DNA of 64,000 nt from a virus. Its lineage: Duplodnaviria > Caudoviricetes. Numbering within the stretch: position 1 is the first letter of the stretch; every line of letters starts with the position of its first letter. Where the stretch lies: IMG/VR virus record IMGVR_UViG_3300042260_000337. One strand, given 5' to 3'. The notes beneath the pieces are model-generated. The model had not been told where the DNA came from and ran no database searches. It saw only the letters and a list, made by a program, of their open reading frames with translations. A program made the translations under genes and the position numbers. Shown here in pieces: positions 55,352 through 64,000 of this stretch.

Positions 55352-55403
55352 TTCTCTCTCCTTGCTGACTACAGATTATGTATACAGTGATTCGTTCAGA
55401 ATG

Positions 55404-55670
55404 TCAAGCCCAAGATACTTCAATCCACACATCAACAAACTGTCGGTCTTCACTTTGAGTTGTCACATTGTAACCAAGTTCAACAAGTTTTGCGTTCACT
55501 TCTGGGTTCTTGAACCGAGCCGAATATCCATGAAAGATACAGTGGTCATAAGGAACACGAATGTTCGTTTTGCCTTTGGTGGCAGCACTACGAACCATTT
55601 CATCAAGTTCCGCCAGAACTTTTTCAAGCGGTGGTCCAGCGAGTTCTTTTGCTTCTTTTGCACTAATCAT
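55404..55670 (-). CDS. hypothetical protein
   Basis: 88-aa ORF. Confidence 0.6.
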   Translation of the reverse strand: MISAKEAKELAGPPLEKVLAELDEMVRSAATKGKTNIRVPYDHCIFHGYSARFKNPEVNAKLVELGYNVTTQSEDRQFVDVWIEVSWA

Positions 55671-55681
55671 TTCTTTTCCTT

Positions 55682-55963
55682 TCAGAGAAACATAGAACGT
55701 TCAATGGTGACAGGTCCACCCAAGTCTCGCACACGAAACTTTTTGCGAACAGAGTAACCATTTTCTTCGCAGAAGTTTTTATACCACTGTTCTTCGTCAA
55801 TACACTGTTCGTTGGCAGCTTCCACGTTGGTGAACGACCACTTGAGTTGCCAGTTGTTGTCTGGGTCAATGCCGTTGAGACGATAATGTGCCTTGTGTTC
55901 TTCTGGCAAATCTTCCAGATATTCAACAACAAAACGATTGACGGTTTCAGTATAGGTATTCAT
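55682..55963 (-). CDS. hypothetical protein
   Basis: 93-aa ORF, GAGAGG SD. Confidence 0.6.
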   Translation of the reverse strand: MNTYTETVNRFVVEYLEDLPEEHKAHYRLNGIDPDNNWQLKWSFTNVEAANEQCIDEEQWYKNFCEENGYSVRKKFRVRDLGGPVTIERSMFL

Positions 55964-55975
55964 TCTGTTTTCCTC

Positions 55976-56155
55976 TCAACGATCCCAGTTGTTTTCATTC
56001 AACCATTCTTGAACAGTCCCCCACACTATCAGATGAGTCAGAACTCCGATGGCGATTGCCCAGTTAGGGAGAACAGCAGGGGCAAAAACCCACACAATGC
56101 CACCAAGAAAGAAAGGAGCAAGAATAGTCCAGAACATATAAAAAGCAAAGCGCAT
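55976..56155 (-). CDS. 59-aa two-TM membrane protein (MRFAFYMFWTILAPFFLGGIVW...)
   Basis: AAGGAG SD, promoter upstream, hydrophobic; below the track cut-off. Confidence 0.6.
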   Translation of the reverse strand: MRFAFYMFWTILAPFFLGGIVWVFAPAVLPNWAIAIGVLTHLIVWGTVQEWLNENNWDR

Positions 56156-56215
56156 CTATGTTTCTCCTTAGTGGCTACAGATTATGTATACAGTGATTCG
56201 CCCTCACTGTCAACA

Positions 56216-56458
56216 TCAAAAGTAGTTGCGTTCCCAGTATTCTTCATTTTCTTTTTCAATGGCGACCCATTCATCTATGAGTTCAAGAACAGTGTCGGGC
56301 GACACGATGTATGGTTCTTCCCAATCTGGGTCGTTGTGTGATGAATAAACAGAGCGACCGCCATACTGAACATGAAAACATTCATTCTCATCTTCATATA
56401 TACGAACTCCACCCCATTCTTCATAGGTGTTCCAGTTGGCTTCATATACAAGATTCAT
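56216..56458 (-). CDS. hypothetical protein
   Basis: 80-aa ORF. Confidence 0.6.
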   Translation of the reverse strand: MNLVYEANWNTYEEWGGVRIYEDENECFHVQYGGRSVYSSHNDPDWEEPYIVSPDTVLELIDEWVAIEKENEEYWERNYF

Positions 56459-56637
56459 GCTTTTATTTTGTAACCTTCAGTTTCTATTCCATATTCGGCA
56501 AGTTCTTCAAAAGTTTTGATACTTCCGCATTCAACGAGGTCCAACAGACAACTATATTCTCGGTATCCTTCCCTTGAAATATAATCATTCTTTTGTTCTT
56601 CCAAAATCTGAAGAAGATTGGCTTTGCTGTCAGTCAT
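56455..56637 (-). CDS. hypothetical protein
   Basis: GGGAG SD, promoter upstream. Confidence 0.6.
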   Translation of the reverse strand: MTDSKANLLQILEEQKNDYISREGYREYSCLLDLVECGSIKTFEELAEYGIETEGYKIKA

Positions 56638-56693
56638 GATTATCTCCCTTTGTTACTTTACACTTATAAGATGATTCGTATCAAAAGTCAAAT

Positions 56694-56719
56694 AAAAAAG
56701 GCGACCGAAGCCGCCTTTT
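56694..56719 (-). terminator. Rho-independent terminator
   Basis: AAGGCGG-CUUCGG-UCGCCUU plus U tract. Confidence 0.75.
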
Positions 56720-56722
56720 CTG

Positions 56723-56914
56723 TTATTTTGTTAGCAATTCAAATACGTCATCTGGTAGAACACCGTTGTGTTTTCCTAACAGTGACACAGTTTTGACCGC
56801 AGCAAGTTTCTTGTTACGTTCATCATTTGCTTTCCATACAGCAGCCATCCAAGTAACATACTCTTTTGACGAAGTATCAAACAGGTCTTTTGGGATTGGA
56901 GGAAAATCACTCAT
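56723..56914 (-). CDS. hypothetical protein
   Basis: 63-aa ORF overlapping the NAMPT stop. Confidence 0.55.
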   Translation of the reverse strand: MSDFPPIPKDLFDTSSKEYVTWMAAVWKANDERNKKLAAVKTVSLLGKHNGVLPDDVFELLTK

Positions 56915-58325
56915 AGCGAGACACCATTTCAGTTTCAGGGTTCACAACCGCACGTTCACGGATTGCTTCAAACGTATCTTCAAGAAGAAGGTCACCGTTT
57001 TCATATACAACCCGAAGAACTTTGTCTTCTTCACGAGCGTTCTTTTCTTCTACGGTTCGGAACCCGCAGCTTCCAATTCCACATTCGTGAACCAGTTCAA
57101 GGCGACCTTTCTTAGAAAGTTTACCTTTATCAGTGATTGGGTCTTTGTAAACATCAACCCAAACCCCATTCACAAGTGCAGCAGAACACTTCATCGCAAA
57201 CTTCTGGTCATCGCGTTGTGGAGCGCCAAGTAGAGCGCCACCCATACCAAATGCAACGTTGTCGGCACAGAAACCATTTGCTTTCAGGCTTTCAAGAATA
57301 GCTTTGACACTATCCGAATTGATGCCATCACCTTGAATGATACGAACATGATTTAGAAGTTTGTAACCTTTTGCGTTTACAGTTGAACCAAAAGTTTTGT
57401 CCAACAGTTTTGCAACTTTTGTCACAACTTCAACTGGGTCACCAGAGTCGGGACGGACAACAAGAGTTGCGCCAGACTTGATTACTTCTTCGCGAAGTTC
57501 ACCACCCCATAGATTTTCAACAGCGTTGAAAATATCATAGCTGTCAGAAACAACAGCAAGGATTGACCCAGGTTTAGCGAACTGTTTCAGCATATTTTTG
57601 TATGCTTTGACTTCGTTTTCGCGACCCCAAGAAGTAATGGTGCTATGTTCAGCAGCAGGAATAGAGAACCCTGCCATTGGCATTTTGTAGTAGCGTTTTG
57701 CACCAACTACAGCAGCAATAGTGTCAGTCCCCATAAAGCTGACCAAGTGAGCCATGCCGCCAAGAGTGGCAGACTCATGCGAAGATGTTCCTCGCGCACC
57801 GAAGTCGTGTAGTTTGAAGTTGAGTCCAGCAAGATCGCCGCCAGTTTCAACCATGAACTTCTGAATGATTTTCTTGATTTCACGGCTGGTTGTGGCAACA
57901 GTGGTTGGATACCAGATTGCACGAAGCAATGCAGTTTCCAAGTAGGTGGTCAACCAGAAACACTTTGGATCGGTGTTTTCAACAGTAACCATTGCGTTGT
58001 GAACAGGAATCACAGTCCCTTCGGGCGCAGCTTTGATGCGAATAGGAAGTTTCCCGCCAAGTTCCTTGACGATGTATTCCCAACCTTCACGATTGAATGG
58101 TTCCCCATGGCCAGTCCAGATTTCTTCTGCTTCATCCACATCTGCCATCGTGATTGGTTCAAGCAGATACTCTTTGATGAACGCTTGTAGTCCGAAGAAC
58201 ACAAGTTCATTGTATTTTCCGCCACGGCTTTCAATGTAGCTGAATACAGTTTCTGTATTTTCAGGGTATTGAACGAACATTGACGCTTTGTAGCTGTCGG
58301 TATTTAGTAGTAGATTGCTTTTCAT
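56907..58325 (-). CDS. nadV: nicotinamide phosphoribosyltransferase (NAMPT)
   Basis: TDSYKAS, LHDFGARG, IPAAEHSTITSWG, VSDSYD, VRPDSGDP, IIQGDGI, FGMGGALL, KFAMK. Confidence 0.95.
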   Translation of the reverse strand: MKSNLLLNTDSYKASMFVQYPENTETVFSYIESRGGKYNELVFFGLQAFIKEYLLEPITMADVDEAEEIWTGHGEPFNREGWEYIVKELGGKLPIRIKAAPEGTVIPVHNAMVTVENTDPKCFWLTTYLETALLRAIWYPTTVATTSREIKKIIQKFMVETGGDLAGLNFKLHDFGARGTSSHESATLGGMAHLVSFMGTDTIAAVVGAKRYYKMPMAGFSIPAAEHSTITSWGRENEVKAYKNMLKQFAKPGSILAVVSDSYDIFNAVENLWGGELREEVIKSGATLVVRPDSGDPVEVVTKVAKLLDKTFGSTVNAKGYKLLNHVRIIQGDGINSDSVKAILESLKANGFCADNVAFGMGGALLGAPQRDDQKFAMKCSAALVNGVWVDVYKDPITDKGKLSKKGRLELVHECGIGSCGFRTVEEKNAREEDKVLRVVYENGDLLLEDTFEAIRERAVVNPETEMVSRYE

Positions 58326-58409
58326 AATAGAACTCCTCTATTGTTAGATTGCCAAACTCTCTGTTTGGACTTGATGACATTACCACGTCATTGTGATAAT
58401 GTCAATAGG

Positions 58410-58721
58410 TTATGCAGCGGCTGGTCTGGATTCTTGCCATTCTTTTGTCCACCTTGGCAATTCACGATACCCAACAGGCCAATCATTTAGCCCAATATCA
58501 GTTAGTTTGCCGCAGCATGGACACTTGAATGATACGGCTGGTTCTTTTGTAAATATACCCCACCCCTCACCAGTTCCCTGATAATAACGAAGGTCATCGA
58601 ACTCAAGTTCAAGCAATGCTTCGCATCCATTTTCGCCATTGCCCCATCCAGTGCATCGATGTTGCAGTGACCAAGTATTTTTTCCGTTTTTTCCCGCTTC
58701 AAGAATCTTCATTTTGCTCAC
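58410..58721 (-). CDS. hypothetical Zn-ribbon protein
   Basis: C...C and CPCC. Confidence 0.6.
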   Translation of the reverse strand: MSKMKILEAGKNGKNTWSLQHRCTGWGNGENGCEALLELEFDDLRYYQGTGEGWGIFTKEPAVSFKCPCCGKLTDIGLNDWPVGYRELPRWTKEWQESRPAAA

Positions 58722-59749
58722 CCAATGTTGATAAAGTTGTCGATGATGTGGAAGTGATCTTCAAACATCTTTTCTTGCTTCACGTCTTTGAACGGAACCC
58801 AGAACGCTTTTTCGGCATCATCCGAACCTTTCACTTTCGGCAGTTCACCAACGCCCAAATCAATGTGAAATGCTTGGGTAATGGTGCGACCACGAGACGA
58901 ACGATTAGGAGCATCAAAAGTCTTGGAACCCTTGATAGAACCTTTCAGCACTGGGACAGGAACCTTGATTTTGGTTTCTTCTTTCAGTTCACGAATGGCA
59001 CCATCCAGCATAGTCTCATCTTGGTTCAGGAAACCGCCAGGGAGCGCCCATTGGCCCTTGCCAGGCATGTCACCACGCTTGACCAGTAGGATGTGTCCAG
59101 ACTGCACTACAACGGCGTCTACGGTCATAAAAGTGGGCGGGAAAGGTGCAGCCTTCCATGCTTCTTTATACTTCTTGACCATGTTGTATTCTTGCTCAAT
59201 AACTTTCCACTGAGCAGATGCAGATAGAAAAATGTCAAGCATCCTGCTTCTAGCAGCATCAGGCATCAAAGTTTTGAGATTCTCTAGCGTGTTACTATTA
59301 ACTTCAAACAAAGATTTACGAATGTCAGTTGCGTTGATACCACCAACATCATCAACTTCAATATGATTCTTCCAACGTGGAAAGATGTTCAGGTAGTAGC
59401 TAGTGCTGTCTTTTGAATGGCCAATCAGACCAACATCTTGTGCATTCGGGACAGTAGCATCAACAATCTTTTGAATGGCGTTGACCCATTTGTTGTCGTC
59501 ATATGGGTAATCTGACACAGGAACGACCTTCACACGAGTCGTGCGTTCAGTCTTACCTGGCGGATACACGGCTTCAATCATAGCCTTGCGTTCTTGGAAT
59601 GTAAATGGATTTCGGATATTACGAGCAGCGAAGCTGGAACCTACGACTACAACAACTTCATGTGCTTGTTCAAGTGCAGCATCAATAACTGCTTTGTGTC
59701 CATTGTGAAACGGCTGGAACCGACCGATAAAAACGAGTGCGTCTCGCAT
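58718..59749 (-). CDS. nadM: bifunctional NMN adenylyltransferase/Nudix hydrolase
   Basis: GRFQPFHNGH, RNPFTFQER, INATDIR; Nudix GQWALPGGFL...GAIRELKEET; GSDDA. Confidence 0.93.
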   Translation of the reverse strand: MRDALVFIGRFQPFHNGHKAVIDAALEQAHEVVVVVGSSFAARNIRNPFTFQERKAMIEAVYPPGKTERTTRVKVVPVSDYPYDDNKWVNAIQKIVDATVPNAQDVGLIGHSKDSTSYYLNIFPRWKNHIEVDDVGGINATDIRKSLFEVNSNTLENLKTLMPDAARSRMLDIFLSASAQWKVIEQEYNMVKKYKEAWKAAPFPPTFMTVDAVVVQSGHILLVKRGDMPGKGQWALPGGFLNQDETMLDGAIRELKEETKIKVPVPVLKGSIKGSKTFDAPNRSSRGRTITQAFHIDLGVGELPKVKGSDDAEKAFWVPFKDVKQEKMFEDHFHIIDNFINIG

Positions 59750-59833
59750 TGCAAAAACTCCTTTTGCTGTTATGTGAAGGACTCTCTGTCCTTCACTATT
59801 ATTTATACTTTATTTTCAAATATTTGTCAAGCA

Positions 59834-60844
59834 TCATTCGTCATATTCAAACTCTTTTTCACGAGCGTTCATTACATCCGTAGAAATCTTGTTGAGTAGA
59901 CGATACTCTGCATATTCTTCTGACTGTGAACCTTGGTGCATAACAGGCATCCAAATCTTACGAGTTGCTTCCATAAAGCTATTGACCATCTTACCAAGAA
60001 GTGCTTCGCGCATCAGTTCATACGCACCTTCTTTGTTTCCAGAAATAAACATTTCAAGAATAGGGTCAGAGAAGTTTACAATGTCTGCAAACCCACCACC
60101 AGCATAACCACTGCCAAATGCATGACCAAACGTATCTGACAGAATGTGGTCACGGCTTCCCTCAAAGAAATACTGACGCATAAACAAGTCGTTTAGAATG
60201 TCACGCTGTTTTTGTGCGGTTTCATCATCGGCTTTGATGATGTCATTCACAGAGCCGAGTCGTGGCGATTTTTTATTTGCACAAAACTCCATATAGTCAG
60301 GAATCAATGTTGCAAGTTTTGCGTAGGTAATGTTCTTGAAATAGTATTGGTCAGTTTCCCACCCTTCTGGGATTTCTGCATCTTTACGCTTATACCAATC
60401 AAACGTCCATTCATTCCACAGACGATCAACTACATCTTTACGAATCATAGTAAAGAAGACTTGTCTGTATTTTGGTTGACCTTCATATCCACGAAGTGGA
60501 TTGTTCACACGAAGGCGTTTTTCATGAACAACTTCAAAGAAAGTGTCAATGTCAAAGCCTTCACGTTTTACAGCGATGTCATGATATTGATTTTCGCCAA
60601 CTTCAAGTTCAATGAGGTTTTTGCGAATCCCTTCAACAATCAAGTCAAGAGCGACACCACTGCAATCTTCGCCCGCACCATAGTCATTGTATTTCGCACG
60701 AAACGGAATAATGACAGGATTATATAGTGCCGTAGAATAGCAAAAGCTATCTCGATACGATTCCACGATGGGGAATACGTATACTTCTTCACCAGAAATG
60801 ATCGGTAGACTCGTTAGACCACAAGTTGCGTTCCAGCTTCCCAT
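59834..60844 (-). CDS. hypothetical protein
   Basis: 336-aa ORF, AAGG SD. Confidence 0.75.
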   Translation of the reverse strand: MGSWNATCGLTSLPIISGEEVYVFPIVESYRDSFCYSTALYNPVIIPFRAKYNDYGAGEDCSGVALDLIVEGIRKNLIELEVGENQYHDIAVKREGFDIDTFFEVVHEKRLRVNNPLRGYEGQPKYRQVFFTMIRKDVVDRLWNEWTFDWYKRKDAEIPEGWETDQYYFKNITYAKLATLIPDYMEFCANKKSPRLGSVNDIIKADDETAQKQRDILNDLFMRQYFFEGSRDHILSDTFGHAFGSGYAGGGFADIVNFSDPILEMFISGNKEGAYELMREALLGKMVNSFMEATRKIWMPVMHQGSQSEEYAEYRLLNKISTDVMNAREKEFEYDE

Positions 60845-60855
60845 TGTGTATTCCT

Positions 60856-61431
60856 TTATTTGTTGTTACGGATTGCAGTTGATAGATTGATAGTCAGGTT
60901 GATGCCACTACTCACATCTATCCAAAACTGAAGATGTTCATCGGAATCATAGAACGAGTTGTTGATTGCAGTTTCAAGCAGTTTCAACATAAAGTCAAGG
61001 TTTTTTTCTGCAAATGTGTTCACAGAAACATCGTATAGATACATACTTTCTTCCATAACCTTTGCATAGTTTATGACAGTAGTATGAGTAGAAGCCAATC
61101 CATGCAAGTCTGCACGAATCATCCAACGAGTTGCTTCATCCATATGGGGCGTGATTTCATGATGTGCGGTTGCCAGAATGATTTCGGCAGCTTTTGTTCT
61201 GTTTGGATAGTATTTCAGCAACAACTGAGCAGAACGTTCTTCTTTCAATGGGTCTTTATCGTATACAACATCATGAAACAACACGGCATAATCCAAATCC
61301 TCATCGTATGGAGCATTCATACGCTCTAAAAACATATAGCATTCTTGAATATGATCTGGGTTATGGTATGCGAGATTTTTGGCATACCATAACTCAGCAA
61401 ATTTATTATTACCTAACCTAGACCATTGCAT
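60856..61431 (-). CDS. HD-domain metal-dependent phosphohydrolase
   Basis: YHNPDH, LFHDVVYD, EERSA, ILATAHH, ADL. Confidence 0.8.
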   Translation of the reverse strand: MQWSRLGNNKFAELWYAKNLAYHNPDHIQECYMFLERMNAPYDEDLDYAVLFHDVVYDKDPLKEERSAQLLLKYYPNRTKAAEIILATAHHEITPHMDEATRWMIRADLHGLASTHTTVINYAKVMEESMYLYDVSVNTFAEKNLDFMLKLLETAINNSFYDSDEHLQFWIDVSSGINLTINLSTAIRNNK

Positions 61432-61945
61432 TTTTCAGTTCCTTGCAGTTGCCATACAAATCAAAGATGGCAACCACATCAAACCCTTCATCAATTTCAG
61501 GCTTCACGTAAGTATCCATCATACGATTGATAATATCAATCGGAATAGTCTTGCCAGGCCGACCAGCGAGGCGTTTCTGCCATTCGGCATAATCATCATC
61601 AGTAGCGGGCGGTTCAATGCACTCACACTCAACCCGATAACCAGCTTGTTTCATGCGATTGATGACCTTGCGCCGCTTACCGACACCAAGATTGGTTTGG
61701 TCCCAAATGATGGTGAGCTTGTCGCGAATGGCAACATCCAACCACTCGTTCATTTGCTTAGTGGCTTTGTCAATATACTTGTCAAACGCGAAGTCATACG
61801 ACCAGCCCATAGCGGCACCCCATTCTTCAATGAGGTTGTCTGTGCTGTAAACAAAAGCATCAGGCTCCATTGCAGCAAGCGATTGAACGCGAGTGCTCTT
61901 GCCGCTGGCAGGATAGCCAACCATGACAACACAGACAGGTTTCAT
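61418..61945 (-). CDS. P-loop kinase (AAA_33/polynucleotide kinase-like)
   Basis: VGYPASGKST, STD, IIWDQTN...R. Confidence 0.8.
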   Translation of the reverse strand: MKPVCVVMVGYPASGKSTRVQSLAAMEPDAFVYSTDNLIEEWGAAMGWSYDFAFDKYIDKATKQMNEWLDVAIRDKLTIIWDQTNLGVGKRRKVINRMKQAGYRVECECIEPPATDDDYAEWQKRLAGRPGKTIPIDIINRMMDTYVKPEIDEGFDVVAIFDLYGNCKELKNAMV

Positions 61946-62142
61946 CGAATCGTCTCCATTACGTTTCCGCTTACACGATAATATACGCTATATTCTTCGG
62001 TTTTGCAAGACCAAAAATCTTCATATTTGGTCAAAGCCTCATTTTCATTTTCAGCCATCACGATGCGAATGTCCTGAAACTCTTTGGGGTCGCACATATA
62101 ATCAGTGCGATACACAGTGCCTTTGACCAAATACGGAATCAT
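61942..62142 (-). CDS. hypothetical protein
   Basis: 66-aa coupled ORF. Confidence 0.55.
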   Translation of the reverse strand: MIPYLVKGTVYRTDYMCDPKEFQDIRIVMAENENEALTKYEDFWSCKTEEYSVYYRVSGNVMETIR

Positions 62143-62387
62143 AGTGCAGTTTCTTTCATATAACGAGTTGCGATTTCAAATGCTTCATCCAGCGTAAAGC
62201 GAGTAGAGGCAATAAACTCTGGTGTTCGGCTGGAAGGCATAGCCTCAAAGATACGGTGAAGTCCTTTATCCAAAACAGTTGTTTCGAACACTTTCACACA
62301 CCATTTATCTTGCCCACGCTTTTCAATGGTGACATCATCGCCAAGGTCAAACCGAGTTGCCAGTTTTAGCATATCATTTGGAGTCAT
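62139..62387 (-). CDS. hypothetical protein
   Basis: 82-aa coupled ORF. Confidence 0.6.
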   Translation of the reverse strand: MTPNDMLKLATRFDLGDDVTIEKRGQDKWCVKVFETTVLDKGLHRIFEAMPSSRTPEFIASTRFTLDEAFEIATRYMKETAL

Positions 62388-62610
62388 TTTCTACCCACTT
62401 TCCAGTAAGAATACCAAACGGACCAGCATACCAATAAGTAAACAGAACACTTTCGCTTTCGCTAAGTTCTGTTATCTTGCTGAAATACGGCTGGTCCAGA
62501 TTGTTGTGTCGCCAAGGAGTTTGTGACGACCAATCATCTGACCAAAAAAACTTGGTGATACGTTTCTTTGATTTCAGTTGAAACAGTTCGGTTGCCATCA
62601 TTTCCCCCAA
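62374..62610 (-). CDS. hypothetical protein
   Basis: 78-aa coupled ORF. Confidence 0.5.
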   Translation of the reverse strand: MGEMMATELFQLKSKKRITKFFWSDDWSSQTPWRHNNLDQPYFSKITELSESESVLFTYWYAGPFGILTGKWVENDSK

Positions 62611-62966
62611 TGTTCAATGAAGTTGTTCATGTATTCATAGATGTTTTCCGCCCCAACAGGGTTCTTGGAATGAACCATAAACGAAAAGTTTTCTGGAAGT
62701 TCTTCAATCCCATCCATCACCATTTCACTGATGCGTTGTGCGATTTCATAACCAGTCCGTTCATTTTCACCAAGGTCATGGTCAAAACTGATCATCACTG
62801 GCATACCAAAAGTGAGAATGATATCCTCAACTTCATACCAGTTGCGGGCAATAACCCAATCATGAACTTTATACATATATTGTTCTGTGAGCGATTTCGC
62901 CCAAGTCACATCACTTGGAACTCTCTCATCGTCAATGAACAGATTATAACCCATATTATTCTCCAT
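62598..62966 (-). CDS. cyclic-phosphate-processing receiver-domain (cREC-like) protein
   Basis: LFIDDER, ISFDHDLG...TGY, VHSKNPVG pattern. Confidence 0.7.
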   Translation of the reverse strand: MENNMGYNLFIDDERVPSDVTWAKSLTEQYMYKVHDWVIARNWYEVEDIILTFGMPVMISFDHDLGENERTGYEIAQRISEMVMDGIEELPENFSFMVHSKNPVGAENIYEYMNNFIEHWGK

Positions 62967-63213
62967 ATCTCAGTATGAAAGCAGCATAGTCTGATTCGCT
63001 TTGAAAGTCAAGCCAAAATCGTTTCTCTTTTTCATTGAACGTGCATCCGTGTGGTTCAAGTTCTTTATTCAAAAACTCTATGGAAAAACCATCGTCTCTC
63101 GTGTATCCAGTTTCTGGATTGGAAGAATACGTATCTTCCAGATAGTTCATAAAGTTCATCCAATAGACGGGACACACGTATAACGTATTTCCAAGGTCAA
63201 CTCTAATGGTCAT
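62956..63213 (-). CDS. hypothetical protein
   Basis: 85-aa coupled ORF. Confidence 0.6.
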   Translation of the reverse strand: MTIRVDLGNTLYVCPVYWMNFMNYLEDTYSSNPETGYTRDDGFSIEFLNKELEPHGCTFNEKEKRFWLDFQSESDYAAFILRYGE

Positions 63214-63565
63214 TTGTGTTCACCGAAACAATATGCCACTCGCCCCATTCATCATTCAATGTTTTTTCTTTATATCGGCAATATGTGGCGTTCACTGTCA
63301 GTTCCACATCATCAACATACGCATTTTTCACTTCAATTCTACATTCACTAAACCGAATCTCATGCGCCAGCGGAATACCAAGAATAAGATACAAAGAAAC
63401 AATCCATAATGCCATAACCACTAACAAGTTAGTTGTTCGTTGCAATGCGTAAACGAATACCAGAACGCTAATACCACACAGTGCAATAAAAAACCACAAT
63501 GCTGGCTCACTTACATGAGACGTTCCGAAAATGAGTTCGCCAAGATAGGTAAGAAAATCAATCAT
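63203..63565 (-). CDS. hypothetical membrane protein
   Basis: two N-terminal hydrophobic segments. Confidence 0.6.
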   Translation of the reverse strand: MIDFLTYLGELIFGTSHVSEPALWFFIALCGISVLVFVYALQRTTNLLVVMALWIVSLYLILGIPLAHEIRFSECRIEVKNAYVDDVELTVNATYCRYKEKTLNDEWGEWHIVSVNTNDH

Positions 63566-63695
63566 TTTGGTCCATAAATAGTTGAAAAAGTTTCAGCCGC
63601 CCAATGTTTGGCAAACAACTTGTCCCAATACACAAAGTCTTTGCTTTGGACATTATCTTTTGCCCAAGGATTAGTGACTGCAATACTAAATCGAA

Positions 63696-64000
63696 TCATG
63701 GTTTCTTCCATAGTGTTGGTCCAAAGATGCCCCTATCTTCCACATAGCAATAGCTTGGAACATAGTATTCAATGAACCTGTCGCTCACATCTACTTTGAA
63801 AATACTTGCCCGATCTTCTGGCTTATCGCCATGATAGATGACTCGGATTGCAATATCTCTATTTGTAAGTCCGCTTTCCCATGTAGTTTTATCGTCAGAC
63901 AACATACTCTGTATGTTATGTCCAAACCAAACATCCTTGAAGTTTTGAATACATGGTTTCGGAGTGTTATATTCTTTCTGGTATACGGTGCCAGCACCAA
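63696..64000 (-). CDS. hypothetical protein, N-terminus beyond the window
   Basis: frame of track ORF 63696..63905 stays open to the window edge. Confidence 0.55.
   Translation of the reverse strand, partial: GAGTVYQKEYNTPKPCIQNFKDVWFGHNIQSMLSDDKTTWESGLTNRDIAIRVIYHGDKPEDRASIFKVDVSDRFIEYYVPSYCYVEDRGIFGPTLWKKP

Noticed and set aside
55976-56155. Possible frameshift in the small membrane gene
   Set aside because: Careful reading gives one continuous 59-aa frame
53479-56213. Near-identical ~38-bp repeats as a possible CRISPR array
   Set aside because: Irregular kb-scale spacing with genes in between; each copy is a -35/-10 promoter followed by SD and ATG

Overview
A 64-kb segment of a large lytic dsDNA phage genome (T4-like/jumbo myovirus organisation, AT-rich, almost all genes on the minus strand); no rRNA, CRISPR array or transposase seen. 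Layout: (1) 1-11.3 kb DNA metabolism (T4 RNase H-like nuclease, MetK, sliding-clamp-like protein, DNA methyltransferase, family B polymerase). (2) 11.3-21.6 kb and 30-44 kb late genes behind a GATAAATA late-promoter motif. Many start with a T4 capsid-targeting-like N-terminus and include a 1862-aa multi-GNAT polyvalent protein, a tandem SAM-lyase-like protein and tail/structural proteins. (3) 23.2-31.8 kb tRNA/ncRNA island with 16 intact tRNAs including an amber-suppressor tRNA(CUA) directly upstream of a gene with UAG at codon 2, a GOLLD-like giant RNA with an embedded tRNA-Arg-like domain, several unexplained structured RNAs, two HNH genes and an rrn-operon-like leader. (4) 44-50.6 kb ClpA, J-domain protein, spanins, IF-1, PhoH. 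(5) 50.6-64 kb early/accessory genes: RNA ligase, kinase and HD proteins, the NAMPT + NadM-Nudix NAD salvage pair, and sigma70 promoters carrying a positionally fixed TGATTCG (GcrA/CcrM-type) box that suggests an alphaproteobacterial host. All family assignments come from motifs recognised by eye, not from database searches.
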